This document shows positions 7,423 through 16,442 of a stretch of DNA of 64,000 nt, one piece after another (position 1 is the stretch's first letter; each line of letters opens with the position of its first letter). Below the pieces are notes generated by a model. The model was not told the DNA's origin. It searched no databases and saw nothing but the letters and a program-made list of their open reading frames with translations. The stretch is taken from contig JANQKC010000014.1 in assembly GCA_028281325.1 (NCBI GenBank), positions 23,310 to 87,309 of the forward strand, written 5' to 3'. The position numbers and the translations under genes were made by a program. The DNA comes from Alphaproteobacteria bacterium. GTDB taxonomy: Bacteria > Pseudomonadota > Alphaproteobacteria > UBA8366.

Positions 7423-10002
7423 TCAGAAGCGGTAGAAGAGGCTGGCGAGAACGTTCCGGGGTGCGCCCGGAATAATGTTTCGGGAACGGTTCTGCGAGCC
7501 CAAAAAGTAGGTCGTGTCGAAGACGTTCTCGACACGAAGTTCGACGCGAAGGTCCTTCCAGGCGTAGTAGGCGCCGGCATCGACCCGCGTGTAGGACGGC
7601 AGCTCGAAGGAATTGTCGTTGTCGCCTTCGCGGTCACCGACATGGACGACGCCCAGGGCCGCGCTGAAACCGCGGAAAAGTAATTCGGAGAAGTCGTATT
7701 TGGCCCACAGGCTGGCCTCGAACAACGGCACGCTATAGAGGCGATTGCCCTCCTGGCCGGAATTGCTCTCCAGAATCTCGGTGTCGACAAGGGCGACCCC
7801 GGCGAGAATGTCCAGGTTCTCGGTAATCTCGCCGGTGAGCTCGGCCTCGATGCCGCGCGATTTGACCTCCCCGATCAAGGCGCTGAAGTTCTCGCCCGGC
7901 AGGTTGTCGGGATCGGGCTCCGTGAGGTTCGTCTGCTTAATGTCGAAGAACGAGAGGGTGAACAGCGCCTTCTCGTCGAACAAACCGACCTTCACACCGG
8001 CGTCATAGCTTGTCGATTCCAGCGGGTCGAAGGGATCGCCTTGCCTGTCCGTACCGGATTGCGGGATGGACGCGTTGCTGAACCCGCCGAACACCGTGAC
8101 CTGCTCCGTCACGTTGACACCGGCGGCGAGACGGTACGACCAGACCTGATTGCCGAAGCTCTCCTCCGGCCCCTCGGGATCGGTGTTCACGTTCCGCGTG
8201 AACCGGCTGGTGAACTCCGCATCGTCGAAGCGCACGCCGCCCAGGATGTGAAAGCGCTCCCAGGCCGTCAGCTTGTACTGACCGTAGACGCTCTTGTAGG
8301 TCTCCCCTCTGAAGGAGTCTAAGTCGCGGCCGACGCCGTCCGCCGCAAGACCGATCACCACCGGGTCGGTGCCGTAAATGGGGTTGAAGGCATCCAGCGG
8401 CCAGACCGTCTGGCCGTCCTGCCCCCTGTTGTTGCTCGTCGCCCGCGCGAATTCCAACCCGATCAGCGTGTCGTGCCGCACGGGCCCGGTTTCGAAGCCG
8501 GCGAGCGCCTCCGCCTCGGCCAGGATCTGCTGGTAGTAACCATCGAACCTAGTGAAGCTGCGCGCGATGGTCGAGTTGCCGGAGAAAAGGTTGGTGCCCG
8601 GAATGTAGAGCCCGCGCAGATCGGGGTTGCGCGCGCCCTTGCTGAGGTAATCCTCCCTGATATAGCTCGCCTTGCCGCGCAGGGAGAATATGTCCGTCAG
8701 CCATTGGTCGATAGAGAGCGACACCCGTCCGGAGTGCGACTTCAACGAATCGTCCGGCTCGTGGGCGCTGAACTCGATCGGTGCGAAGTTGTCCTTGAAG
8801 CCCGCACCCTCCAGGTAGAAGGTGCCACGGTCGTAGGCTTGGTCCTGATAGATGTATTCGAACTCCAACAGCGCCGAACTCCGTTTCCCGTAGTTCCACT
8901 GCAGCGACGGCGCGACCAGTACACGCTCCTGGTCCACGTTGTCGCGGAACGATTCGCGCGTCTGATACTCCGTAATGAAACGGTACAAGAGGTTCTTGTC
9001 CTCCGTGATCGGACCGGTCGCATCCAAGCTGACTCCGAAAAGGTCCCAGCTCCCGACCTCGGCGGAGACGTCGACGGTCGCTTCGTCCTGGGGCTTCTTC
9101 GTCACGAGGTTCACGACGCCCCCTGGCTCGACGACCCCGGCCTCCACGCCGGCCGAACCCTTCAAAACCTCGACACGCTCAATGTTGGCAAAGCCGCGGC
9201 TCTGGGTGCTGAAGATGCGTTGGACCTGTCCGTTCAGCGCAACCTCATTGCCATCGAAGGTAAAACCGCGGACGGCGATGCCGGTGTTGCCGGTTCCGCC
9301 GCTCGTCTCGATCACGTTCACGCCGGGCAGGTAGTCGGCCAGGTCCTGCACCTGAAGCGGTGCACGGTCTTCGATGAACTGCCGCGGGATAACGTTGACC
9401 GTCGCCGGCGTCTCCTTGATCGATCCGCCGAAGGGATCGATGCCGACATTGGTGCTGACCGGCGGCTGATAGCCGCGGCTGCCAGCGGTCCCAACCACGG
9501 TGACCGGGTCCAGGCGCATCGGCCCGTCGCCGTCCTGCCCGTCCGTCTTCGCCAGCGTTACCGTGTCGGGTCCGGAAAACCGGTACTCCAGTTCGGTGCC
9601 GTCGAGCAGGCGGCGCAGCGCCGCTTCGGGCGCGTACGCGCCCTGGACTCCCGGGCTGATGAACCCGGCCGTCAACTCGGCCGGATAGAGGAGCTGCAGG
9701 TCGACCGCCTGCGAAAAGGCGAGCAGCGCCGCCTGAAGATCGCCGGCCGGTATGTCGAACCGGCGTGGCTGGGCCGGATCCGCCTGGGCAAACCGGACAA
9801 GCCCGGGCTCGGCAGGCGGAGCGGCCCCGGCTTCGAGACCGGTCTGATGCTGTTGCCGGTCCTGCGCGGTCGCAGGCACCGAAAGCCCCAGCGCCAGAAG
9901 AGAGGCCCCCGCCAGAAGCGCCCGCATGCCCGCCATGCGACGCCCGAGCCCCCGTCGGCGCACACCGGCTCCGGCGCGGACCGTGTTTCCGTGATCGATC
10001 AT
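7423..10002 (-). CDS. TonB-dependent siderophore receptor/transducer with N-terminal STN signalling domain (FecA-like)
   Basis: Start ATG 10002 with a GGGGAG RBS. Signal peptide MRALLAGASLLALGLSVPATAQ. STN domain (FDIPAGDLQAALLAFSQAVDLQLLYPAELTAG...), plug (VNVIPRQFIEDR), and a beta-barrel ending in the terminal aromatic ...ASLFYRF. Confidence 0.9.
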   Translation of the reverse strand: MIDHGNTVRAGAGVRRRGLGRRMAGMRALLAGASLLALGLSVPATAQDRQQHQTGLEAGAAPPAEPGLVRFAQADPAQPRRFDIPAGDLQAALLAFSQAVDLQLLYPAELTAGFISPGVQGAYAPEAALRRLLDGTELEYRFSGPDTVTLAKTDGQDGDGPMRLDPVTVVGTAGSRGYQPPVSTNVGIDPFGGSIKETPATVNVIPRQFIEDRAPLQVQDLADYLPGVNVIETSGGTGNTGIAVRGFTFDGNEVALNGQVQRIFSTQSRGFANIERVEVLKGSAGVEAGVVEPGGVVNLVTKKPQDEATVDVSAEVGSWDLFGVSLDATGPITEDKNLLYRFITEYQTRESFRDNVDQERVLVAPSLQWNYGKRSSALLEFEYIYQDQAYDRGTFYLEGAGFKDNFAPIEFSAHEPDDSLKSHSGRVSLSIDQWLTDIFSLRGKASYIREDYLSKGARNPDLRGLYIPGTNLFSGNSTIARSFTRFDGYYQQILAEAEALAGFETGPVRHDTLIGLEFARATSNNRGQDGQTVWPLDAFNPIYGTDPVVIGLAADGVGRDLDSFRGETYKSVYGQYKLTAWERFHILGGVRFDDAEFTSRFTRNVNTDPEGPEESFGNQVWSYRLAAGVNVTEQVTVFGGFSNASIPQSGTDRQGDPFDPLESTSYDAGVKVGLFDEKALFTLSFFDIKQTNLTEPDPDNLPGENFSALIGEVKSRGIEAELTGEITENLDILAGVALVDTEILESNSGQEGNRLYSVPLFEASLWAKYDFSELLFRGFSAALGVVHVGDREGDNDNSFELPSYTRVDAGAYYAWKDLRVELRVENVFDTTYFLGSQNRSRNIIPGAPRNVLASLFYRF

Positions 10003-10077
10003 GTTATTTGCTCCCCAAGTCCTTAAAATGCACCACGGCGCATGGCGGTATCCCGCCTTCACGCCGGTCTCATTGGG

Positions 10078-10106
10078 TTAGACCGGTCTAGGGGCCGGAC
10101 TCCTGA
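10078..10106 (-). promoter_or_regulatory. ECF-type promoter-like motif TCAGGAGT-N15-GTCTAA upstream of the receptor gene
   Basis: The minus strand reads TCAGGAGTccggcccctagaccgGTCTAA, ~75 nt upstream of ATG 10002. The same bipartite motif with identical spacing recurs at 11316..11344. Confidence 0.5.
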
Positions 10107-10184
10107 TGTCCGAAATCAAAAAAATTTCACAAAGGAGACAGCGAGAGCGGCGGACGCGCGTCTCGGAGCGCCCCTCGCGACACG

Positions 10185-11234
10185 TCAGTCGCGGGCGCGG
10201 AGCAACGTCAGATACGGCGTGACGCGAATGACGTCTATGGCAAGCGAGCCTTCGATGGCGGCGAGAGCCTTGTCGGTGTCGCGCAGGTTGAACACGCCGG
10301 TGAAGCGGGCCTCGGCGATATCGGCGTTCAGGAAGACGATCGTGCCGGGGCGATAGCGATCGAGTTCCTCCACCACATCGCGCAGCGAACGGTCCGCGAA
10401 GACGAGCTTACCCTTTCGCCATGCCGTTGACGCCCCAATGTCGTCCCGCCGGACCTCGATATCGCCGGCCCTGCCGTAGCGGGCGGCCTCGCCCGCCTGG
10501 AGAATGACGCCCGCTGTGTCGTTCTCGGCCGCATCCAGCCGGGAGACGCGCACCACGCCTTCTTCCACGGCAACGGTAACGAATTGCGTCACATCCAGGA
10601 CGCCGAAGGCGGTCCCCACCGCACGCGAGACGCCCTCGCCCGCGACGACATCGAAGGGTCGGTTCACGTCTTTCGCGACCGTGAAGAAGGCTTCGCCGCG
10701 GTACAGCTCTATCCGGCGGTGCGATTGCGAGAAGTTCACGGCGATCGCCGTATCCGTGTTGAGCTGAACGACGGAACCGTCGGCGAGCGTCACCGTGCGG
10801 GTCCCGCCGACCGCGGTGACGTAATCCGCCCGAAGACCGTCATAGCCGCCCACCGACCACAGCCCGATGGCGACGGCAAGCGCAAGGGAAGCAGCCATGG
10901 CGCCGTACCACCGCCGCGAGCGCCGGCGGCGGGGTCGCGTCTGCGCGTCGAGGCGCACCGCCGCGCCATTGGCGTGATTGGGGTGATTGGGGTTTTCCGT
11001 TCCGTCGGATGCCGGCCGGGGATCCGGCATCTCGCCGATCTCGCCCCAAAGCGCTTCGGCCTGGGCGTAGGCTTCCGCATGGGCGGAATCACGGGCTAAC
11101 CATGCCTCGAATGCCCGCCGGTCCGAATCGCTGACGAACTCCGTCCGCATGCGCACGAACCACGTCGTGGCTTCCTCGACGAGGTCTCCGTCGCGCCCGT
11201 CGGCATCAGTGCTGTTCTTGCTGGGTAACGTCAT
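10185..11234 (-). CDS. FecR-family anti-sigma factor / signal transducer
   Basis: 349 aa. N-terminal anti-sigma region (EEATTWFVRMRTEFVSDSDRRAFEAWLARDSAHAEAY), one TM segment (WYGAMAASLALAVAIGLW) and a periplasmic FecR domain. Located between the ECF sigma and the STN receptor. Confidence 0.88.
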   Translation of the reverse strand: MTLPSKNSTDADGRDGDLVEEATTWFVRMRTEFVSDSDRRAFEAWLARDSAHAEAYAQAEALWGEIGEMPDPRPASDGTENPNHPNHANGAAVRLDAQTRPRRRRSRRWYGAMAASLALAVAIGLWSVGGYDGLRADYVTAVGGTRTVTLADGSVVQLNTDTAIAVNFSQSHRRIELYRGEAFFTVAKDVNRPFDVVAGEGVSRAVGTAFGVLDVTQFVTVAVEEGVVRVSRLDAAENDTAGVILQAGEAARYGRAGDIEVRRDDIGASTAWRKGKLVFADRSLRDVVEELDRYRPGTIVFLNADIAEARFTGVFNLRDTDKALAAIEGSLAIDVIRVTPYLTLLRARD

Positions 11235-11315
11235 ATCGTCATGCTGTCAGCGAGACAGGAGCATCACCGCCTCGGCCCTGCCCACCCCGCGCGGCACCGT
11301 TCCACCTGCACTATA

Positions 11316-11344
11316 TTAGACTGCCCGAAGGCCCTAACTCCTGA
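11316..11344 (-). promoter_or_regulatory. Second copy of the TCAGGAGT-N15-GTCTAA motif, in the fecI-fecR spacer
   Basis: The minus strand reads TCAGGAGTtagggccttcgggcaGTCTAA. It begins 15 nt after the sigma-factor stop and lies ~80 nt upstream of the fecR-like ATG 11234. Confidence 0.45.
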
Positions 11345-11358
11345 CCCGCAATCTGCAA

Positions 11359-11877
11359 TTATTTTCCAGCGGCGTCCAGGCGTCGACGGCAGTAAACCAT
11401 CGCCTTGATCACGTGTTTCTCGACCATATTGCGAGATATTCCGAGACGTTCGGCGATCTCGGGGTTGGAAAGGTCGTCGAAACGGCTCAGCAGAAAGACC
11501 TCGCGGCAGCGGGGCGGCAACTCATTTATGGCTTCGATCAAGATGAACATGCGCTCGCGGCCGAGCGCGACGGCCTCCGCATCGGGTTGCGGACAGGCGA
11601 ACGCTTCGGCATTCGGCCGGTCGTCGACGAGCCCGTCCTTTACCCGGTCGCGCGCCAATCGGTCCCGCGCCGCATTGGCGGCCACCTGGAACAGATAGGC
11701 TTTCGGGTCGTCCATGAGACGCCGGGGCGCGTAGCGGACGAGGCGGAGATATGCATCCTGCGCGACTTCCGCGGCCGCCTCCTCACATCGGAGCATGCGG
11801 GTAAGGAACCGGCTCAACGCGTCGTGATGACGGAGATACAGCTCCTCGACCGTCACCTTCTCCGCCGATATTCCCAT
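11359..11877 (-). CDS. ECF sigma-70 family factor, FecI-like
   Basis: I start at ATG 11877 (MGISAEKVTVEELYLRHHDALSRFLTRM...). The track's longer 212-aa form adds an implausible N-terminus. Region 2 (AAEVAQDAYLRL) and region 4 HTH (LSNPEIAERLGISRNMVEKHV) are present. Confidence 0.88.
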   Translation of the reverse strand: MGISAEKVTVEELYLRHHDALSRFLTRMLRCEEAAAEVAQDAYLRLVRYAPRRLMDDPKAYLFQVAANAARDRLARDRVKDGLVDDRPNAEAFACPQPDAEAVALGRERMFILIEAINELPPRCREVFLLSRFDDLSNPEIAERLGISRNMVEKHVIKAMVYCRRRLDAAGK

Positions 11878-11981
11878 ACGCCCATTCCACGATAATCCCG
11901 AAGGCCGAAAGCGCGCCTTCGGCCAAATCCCGATTCCGGCAGGATTTGTTTTGATCCAAGTGCTTGGAACTGTATTGAAAA

Positions 11982-12010
11982 TGAGAATCGTTCTCAATAT
12001 GAATTGAGAA
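11982..12010. promoter_or_regulatory. Overlapping palindromes resembling an iron-responsive operator (Fur / Irr-ICE like)
   Basis: TGAGAATCGTTCTCA (11982-11996) overlaps TTCTCAATATGAATTGAGAA (11991-12010, perfect 8-bp arms). Together they form a GAGAAT / ATTCTC hexamer array ~105-130 bp upstream of the fecI-like start. It matches 12 of 14 defined positions of the Irr ICE consensus TTTAGAA-N3-TTCTAAA as I remember it. Confidence 0.5.
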
Positions 12011-12375
12011 CGGTCGATCGGGCGGGAACGGAGTGTAGCTTATTCGTCACGGTTCCAGCCCGGATAGCGCGATCCTGCCGGCCGATTCGCAATTTTGGCG
12101 TTTATGGATCTCACGCGCGGACGGACGGCCCGGCCGGCATGGCCTATGTCATCTGGGACTAGGACTGGTACCGGATCCGGCTACGGGTACGGTCCGCACG
12201 CAAGAAACAGCCCGCCGAACCGCATGAGGCAACACTGTTATCCGCGAGCGAGCTGGGCGAGATGTTTAGTCCCGGGAAGTGATGGTAGACTATTATCATT
12301 ATCAAAGAGGGACGAGTTATGGGCCAGATACGCCACGGCAGCGCCACGAAGACCCGATGACATGATTTTCGCGCC

Positions 12376-13863
12376 CTAGCCTGGATCGTTGATCAGGTCG
12401 AGCGGATAGATCGGCCGCCGCACCTTCTCGAACGTCAGTTGATCGTAATCCGATGTACAGACTCCCGTGCCGGCGCATTCGATCACCTCTTTGGCGATGT
12501 CGCCGTACCCGGCGCGGTAGTGAATACGGCTTTTCAGCATCAGGTATTTCTTGCGGGCCGGGTCGATGCCGAGGCTGAGAAAACAGTTCTTGTCGTTCGG
12601 TTCCTGCTGGCGCGAGATCACGACGATCTCCAGCTTGCCCGTATCGAACACGACGGTCGGCCCCATATCCATCAGCAGCCCTGGCGACGCTGGGCCAAGA
12701 TTGCGGTAGAGTCCGTCCGAGATCAGCTTCACCTTCCCGGTCACCGTGACCGGTTCCCCCTTCAGGCCGATCGACGGCATATCCATCTTGCCGCCAATCG
12801 GCAGGGTCACTTCCGAACCAATGCCCGCCGCGATCAGCTCTTGCACCGCCCCGGGATCGCAGATCGCGAACACGGCGACATCCTCAAGCCCCGCATCCAA
12901 GATCGCCTTGAGCACGGTCGTCGTGTCCTCGGTGCCGCCGGAGGAGGCGTTGTCGTAATGGTCGAGCAACACGACCGGCCCCTCCGTCACCGCCTTGGCC
13001 CGCGCCATCGATTCTTCCAACGGTTCGATCTGATAGACCCAGGCTTCGCGATCCTTCCAGGCCGAGTCCAGCAACTCGTCGCACAATGCCTGAGCTTTCG
13101 CCGGGTCGCCGTCGGTCACGACGCAGGCGCTGAGTCCGGCGTTGCGGATATCCGCATGCGGGAATCCGGTGAACAGCGTCGCCACCATGGCCTCGCCGCT
13201 CTCCTCCATCGCGGCGACCCGTTCCTGCAACTGCTTGTTCGGAAAATCCGCCGTGCCCTGGCGCATGACATGCGGCAGCATCGGCCGGTTGCCCCAGGCG
13301 AGCACCGGCTCGGCCTCGCCCTTGATCTTGCGGATCAACGCCTCGCCCGCCCGCGTGCCGGTGCCGTAGTTATCGATATGCGGATAGGTGGTGTAGCCGG
13401 CGAGCGTCGTCGCGTTGTCGACGATCTCCGCGTAGAGGTTGGTGTGCATGTCGAGCGCCACCGCGATCGGCACGTCCGGCGCGATCTCGCGCAGCCGCTT
13501 AAGCAGCCCGCCTTCCCCGTCCTCCCGGCTTTCGGTGACCATCGCGCCGTGCAAGTCCAGCATGACGGCGTCGCAGCCGTCGGCCACCGCGTCGGCGATG
13601 GCGTCGGTCATCTCCGCGTAGGCGGCGTCCTGAACCGGCGCGCTCGGCGCCGCTTGCGCCGCGATGGGCGTCACGATCTCCCAGCCCTCGCGCTCCGCCA
13701 GATCGATATAGGCCGCCATCGCCGTCCCGGTGCCCTTGTACGCGTCATAGGCGTCGCGACCGCGCGGCGGCAGCGGAAACCCGCGCGCGAACCGCTCGAT
13801 CGGCGTCGGCACCGGCGAAAAGGTGTTGGTCTCGTGTTTCATCATCGCGATGACGACGCGCAT
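12376..13863 (-). CDS. M81-family metallopeptidase (MlrC / microcystinase C-like)
   Basis: 495 aa, ATG 13863. The N-terminus MRVVIAMMKHETNTFSPVPT and the LDLHGAMV motif are characteristic of the MlrC N- and C-domain family. Confidence 0.75.
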   Translation of the reverse strand: MRVVIAMMKHETNTFSPVPTPIERFARGFPLPPRGRDAYDAYKGTGTAMAAYIDLAEREGWEIVTPIAAQAAPSAPVQDAAYAEMTDAIADAVADGCDAVMLDLHGAMVTESREDGEGGLLKRLREIAPDVPIAVALDMHTNLYAEIVDNATTLAGYTTYPHIDNYGTGTRAGEALIRKIKGEAEPVLAWGNRPMLPHVMRQGTADFPNKQLQERVAAMEESGEAMVATLFTGFPHADIRNAGLSACVVTDGDPAKAQALCDELLDSAWKDREAWVYQIEPLEESMARAKAVTEGPVVLLDHYDNASSGGTEDTTTVLKAILDAGLEDVAVFAICDPGAVQELIAAGIGSEVTLPIGGKMDMPSIGLKGEPVTVTGKVKLISDGLYRNLGPASPGLLMDMGPTVVFDTGKLEIVVISRQQEPNDKNCFLSLGIDPARKKYLMLKSRIHYRAGYGDIAKEVIECAGTGVCTSDYDQLTFEKVRRPIYPLDLINDPG

Positions 13864-13993
13864 GGCATGCTCCTCCGGTCGGGGCGGTGATTACGGATGG
13901 CCTAGGGGAAGAATAGTGCATGATTAGGATTGGGGAAAATCCGGGCCCGCCTCCGATAGGCGCAACCTATCGACTACCGCGTTCGCAAAACCA

Positions 13994-14713
13994 TTAACCG
14001 CCGTCGCGCAGACGGTTGATTTCCACCTCACCGAGCGGCTCTTTCCGCTTCACCCGCAGGCTTTCCGACCATTCACGCCCGAAATCGCGCTGCAGGCTCA
14101 TGTTGATCGCCGCGGTGATCAGCATGGCGACGAGGCCGCCGATACTGGCCAACAGCATGTCCTTGTGCGCGTCCCACACGTCGCCTTGCGTGCCGAGATA
14201 GGCCGCGCCCAAGTCGCCGCCGAAGACTTCCGCGGCACCCCACTCGATCAACTCGTAGATCATCGACGTGGACATGGTGATATCGAGCGGCAGGAAATAT
14301 CCCCAAAAGCCACGCACATTCACAATCCGCAGGAACACTTCCCGCAGCGGATAGGCAATGAACAATCCGTAAGTGAAGTGAATCAGCCGATCGAAATGAT
14401 TCCGCTCCCACCCCATCAGGTCGTTCAACGACCGTCCGAACACCGCCTCCGTCCAAGCGTTATACGGCACCTTCGAATAAGTGTAATGCGACCCCACCTC
14501 ATGCAGACAAAGAAACAAAAAGATCAGCGTGTAGGACACCCGCGAGAACGGAAATTTCCGATAGGTGGTGACCAGAAGGACCACCGCCAGAACGACCAGC
14601 ACGTTTTCCAACGCCCAGTCGGCCCGATGGAGCGGCGCGACCCCGAGGGCGATAAAGACGCCAGCGAACAGGACCGCCAGCGTCAGCACGTAGCGTTGAT
14701 GGGACTTGTCCAA
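13994..14713 (-). CDS. DUF2238 inner-membrane protein (YjdF-like)
   Basis: 239 aa, multi-TM, with the YjdF-family stretch LCLHEVGSHYTYSKVPY...ERNHFDRLIHFTYG. The start is uncertain: TTG 14713 or GTG 14689, with no nearby ATG. Confidence 0.7.
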   Translation of the reverse strand: MDKSHQRYVLTLAVLFAGVFIALGVAPLHRADWALENVLVVLAVVLLVTTYRKFPFSRVSYTLIFLFLCLHEVGSHYTYSKVPYNAWTEAVFGRSLNDLMGWERNHFDRLIHFTYGLFIAYPLREVFLRIVNVRGFWGYFLPLDITMSTSMIYELIEWGAAEVFGGDLGAAYLGTQGDVWDAHKDMLLASIGGLVAMLITAAINMSLQRDFGREWSESLRVKRKEPLGEVEINRLRDGG

Positions 14714-14861
14714 AGCGGATTGCGACTCCTAAACGCTTTTTTCAAGCTTGGCGCGCCGGCCAAATATGTGTCAACGGCCGGCAACCCCTATTGGACATTC
14801 ATCGAACCGTCACTACATGGATAGAAGGACGAGGAAAGCGAGCCTATCTCATATCCGGTTG

Positions 14862-14880
14862 TATGGCCGTCCTGGCCATA
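14862..14880. promoter_or_regulatory. Perfect palindrome TATGGCC-N5-GGCCATA in the divergent promoter region
   Basis: 7-bp arms ~60 bp upstream of the MarR-like ATG. Flanked by direct repeats CGGTTGTAT at 14856-14864 and 14901-14909. Candidate operator. Confidence 0.35.
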
Positions 14881-14937
14881 TAGAACGACCAACAAACCAA
14901 CGGTTGTATATATGTTGCGTCCGGTTAGTCATGGTGG

Positions 14938-15357
14938 ATGGACATGAACGGGCCGCATTGCGTTCAGAAAACCGCCGCCCCAAAGATCTCGAAAAATCTG
15001 CTGAAGCAGAATCGGGACCGCCGTCTCGCGACCTTGCGCCTGCGCGCAACCTATTACGGCGCACAGCGTGACGTCGGACTCGTCGCCGGCGACATCTCGC
15101 TTATGGACATGATTATGCTGGGGCATTTGGAAGAGCGCCCCGTCGACATGTCCTCGCTGTCCAACATGCTGCAAGTTCCGCGGCCGACAGTGCGGCGCCA
15201 TGTCGACCGGCTCGAACGGCAGGGATGGCTGACCCGGCGCCGGGAAGGACGGCATTCATACGTCTATCTCACCGCAGACGCCCTGCGGTCGATGGGAAAG
15301 CATCTGGATGACCTCTATACGAGAGCCGAGCGAAATTACAACACCGAACGAAAATAA
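14938..15357 (+). CDS. MarR-like winged-helix transcription regulator
   Basis: 139 aa. The wHTH-like core MSSLSNMLQVPRPTVRRHVDRLERQGWLTRRREGRHSYVYLT resembles a MarR recognition helix plus wing. Lower-GC neighbourhood. Confidence 0.6.
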   Translation: MDMNGPHCVQKTAAPKISKNLLKQNRDRRLATLRLRATYYGAQRDVGLVAGDISLMDMIMLGHLEERPVDMSSLSNMLQVPRPTVRRHVDRLERQGWLTRRREGRHSYVYLTADALRSMGKHLDDLYTRAERNYNTERK

Positions 15358-15452
15358 TTCCAACGTGTTCATATTGGCCACTTTAACTCGTTTATATTGA
15401 ATCAATTGCAGGTATTTTTTGCCCTCATACACACTGAGGGAGGGCATCCTTT

Positions 15453-16088
15453 ATGAGAACACTATTAGCGGCGGTCGTGAGCATCATGGCCTTGACGCCG
15501 GCTGCGTGGGCGCAAAGCGAAAGCACCGGCGCGTATTTTGGTCTGTCCGGCGGTCTGTCGCTGGTCCCGGATAGCGATGTCTCTGCGACGGTCAACGGCA
15601 TCCCGGCAAGCGGCGAGGTCGAGTTCGATCCCGGATTTTCGATCGGCGCGCAAGCAGGGTACAAATGGCAGCAGAGCATTCGGACGGAAGTGGAGTACCG
15701 GTTCAGCCGCGCCGAAACGGATAGCGCGACCGTTTCCGCAGCCGGCCTGACAGCCACGGGCCCGGTCAGCGGCAGCGCATGGAGCCACGCGATCCTCGCG
15801 AATGCGTGGTACGATTGGGATTTGAAAAACGGTTGGATGCCGTATGCCGGCGGCGGCGTTGGCGGTTTCATCATCGACGCGACCGACTCCGATGCAGACT
15901 TCGTCTTCGGCGGCCAGGTCGGTGCGGGCATCAGCTATGCCTATACCAAGGATGTCGTCTTCGATCTCGGGTATCGTTACGTGATCACCCAGGATGCGGA
16001 GTTGGGCACCGATGTCGCCGGCGTTTCCGACATCGAGACCGAATACAGCTCCCACAACTTCATGATCGGCGTCCGCGGGCATTTCTAG
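15453..16088 (+). CDS. Outer-membrane beta-barrel protein (OmpA-like / Omp25 / OmpW-type porin-family protein)
   Basis: 211 aa. GAGGGAGGG RBS. Signal peptide MRTLLAAVVSIMALTPAAWAQ. Alternating beta-strand pattern (GAYFGLSGGL, GYKW, EVEYRF) with C-terminal ...MIGVRGHF. Confidence 0.8.
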   Translation: MRTLLAAVVSIMALTPAAWAQSESTGAYFGLSGGLSLVPDSDVSATVNGIPASGEVEFDPGFSIGAQAGYKWQQSIRTEVEYRFSRAETDSATVSAAGLTATGPVSGSAWSHAILANAWYDWDLKNGWMPYAGGGVGGFIIDATDSDADFVFGGQVGAGISYAYTKDVVFDLGYRYVITQDAELGTDVAGVSDIETEYSSHNFMIGVRGHF

Positions 16089-16127
16089 CGCAACGGCGCC
16101 ACCCTCCCCAAAAGACGGCAAAAGAAG

Positions 16128-16155
16128 GGCCGGCCGCTCGCCATAGCGGTCGGCC
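16128..16155 (+). terminator. Putative rho-independent terminator after the OMP gene
   Basis: GGCCGGCCGCT-cgccat-AGCGGTCGGCC forms an 11-bp stem with one G.U pair, followed by TTAT. Confidence 0.55.
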
Positions 16156-16186
16156 TTATCATGCGGATATGCGATTTCAGAGAAAT

Positions 16187-16262
<76 letters not shown>

Positions 16263-16442
16263 GCCCGACCGGCGGGGCCGGTCCGTGGTTTCATAGGGAG
16301 GCGGCGAGGCCGTCCCAGCCGAAAACCGAAGCAGGGGCGCGATATAGCAAAGGGACTGCGGTTTGTCGATAGGTCGCGTGCGCCACCGATCCGTTATCGG
16401 CGTTTCATCGGGTGTCCCATGATGGGATTGCGTCCTGGCCGT

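Noticed and set aside
7416-7790. 125-codon N-terminal extension of the PepSY ORF (track 6012..7790), which overlaps the TonB-dependent receptor gene.
   Set aside because: The extension is low-complexity (Ser/Thr/Pro/Arg) and overlaps the receptor's conserved C-terminal barrel. A GTG at 7415 gives the canonical PepSY_TM N-terminus 7 nt after the receptor stop.
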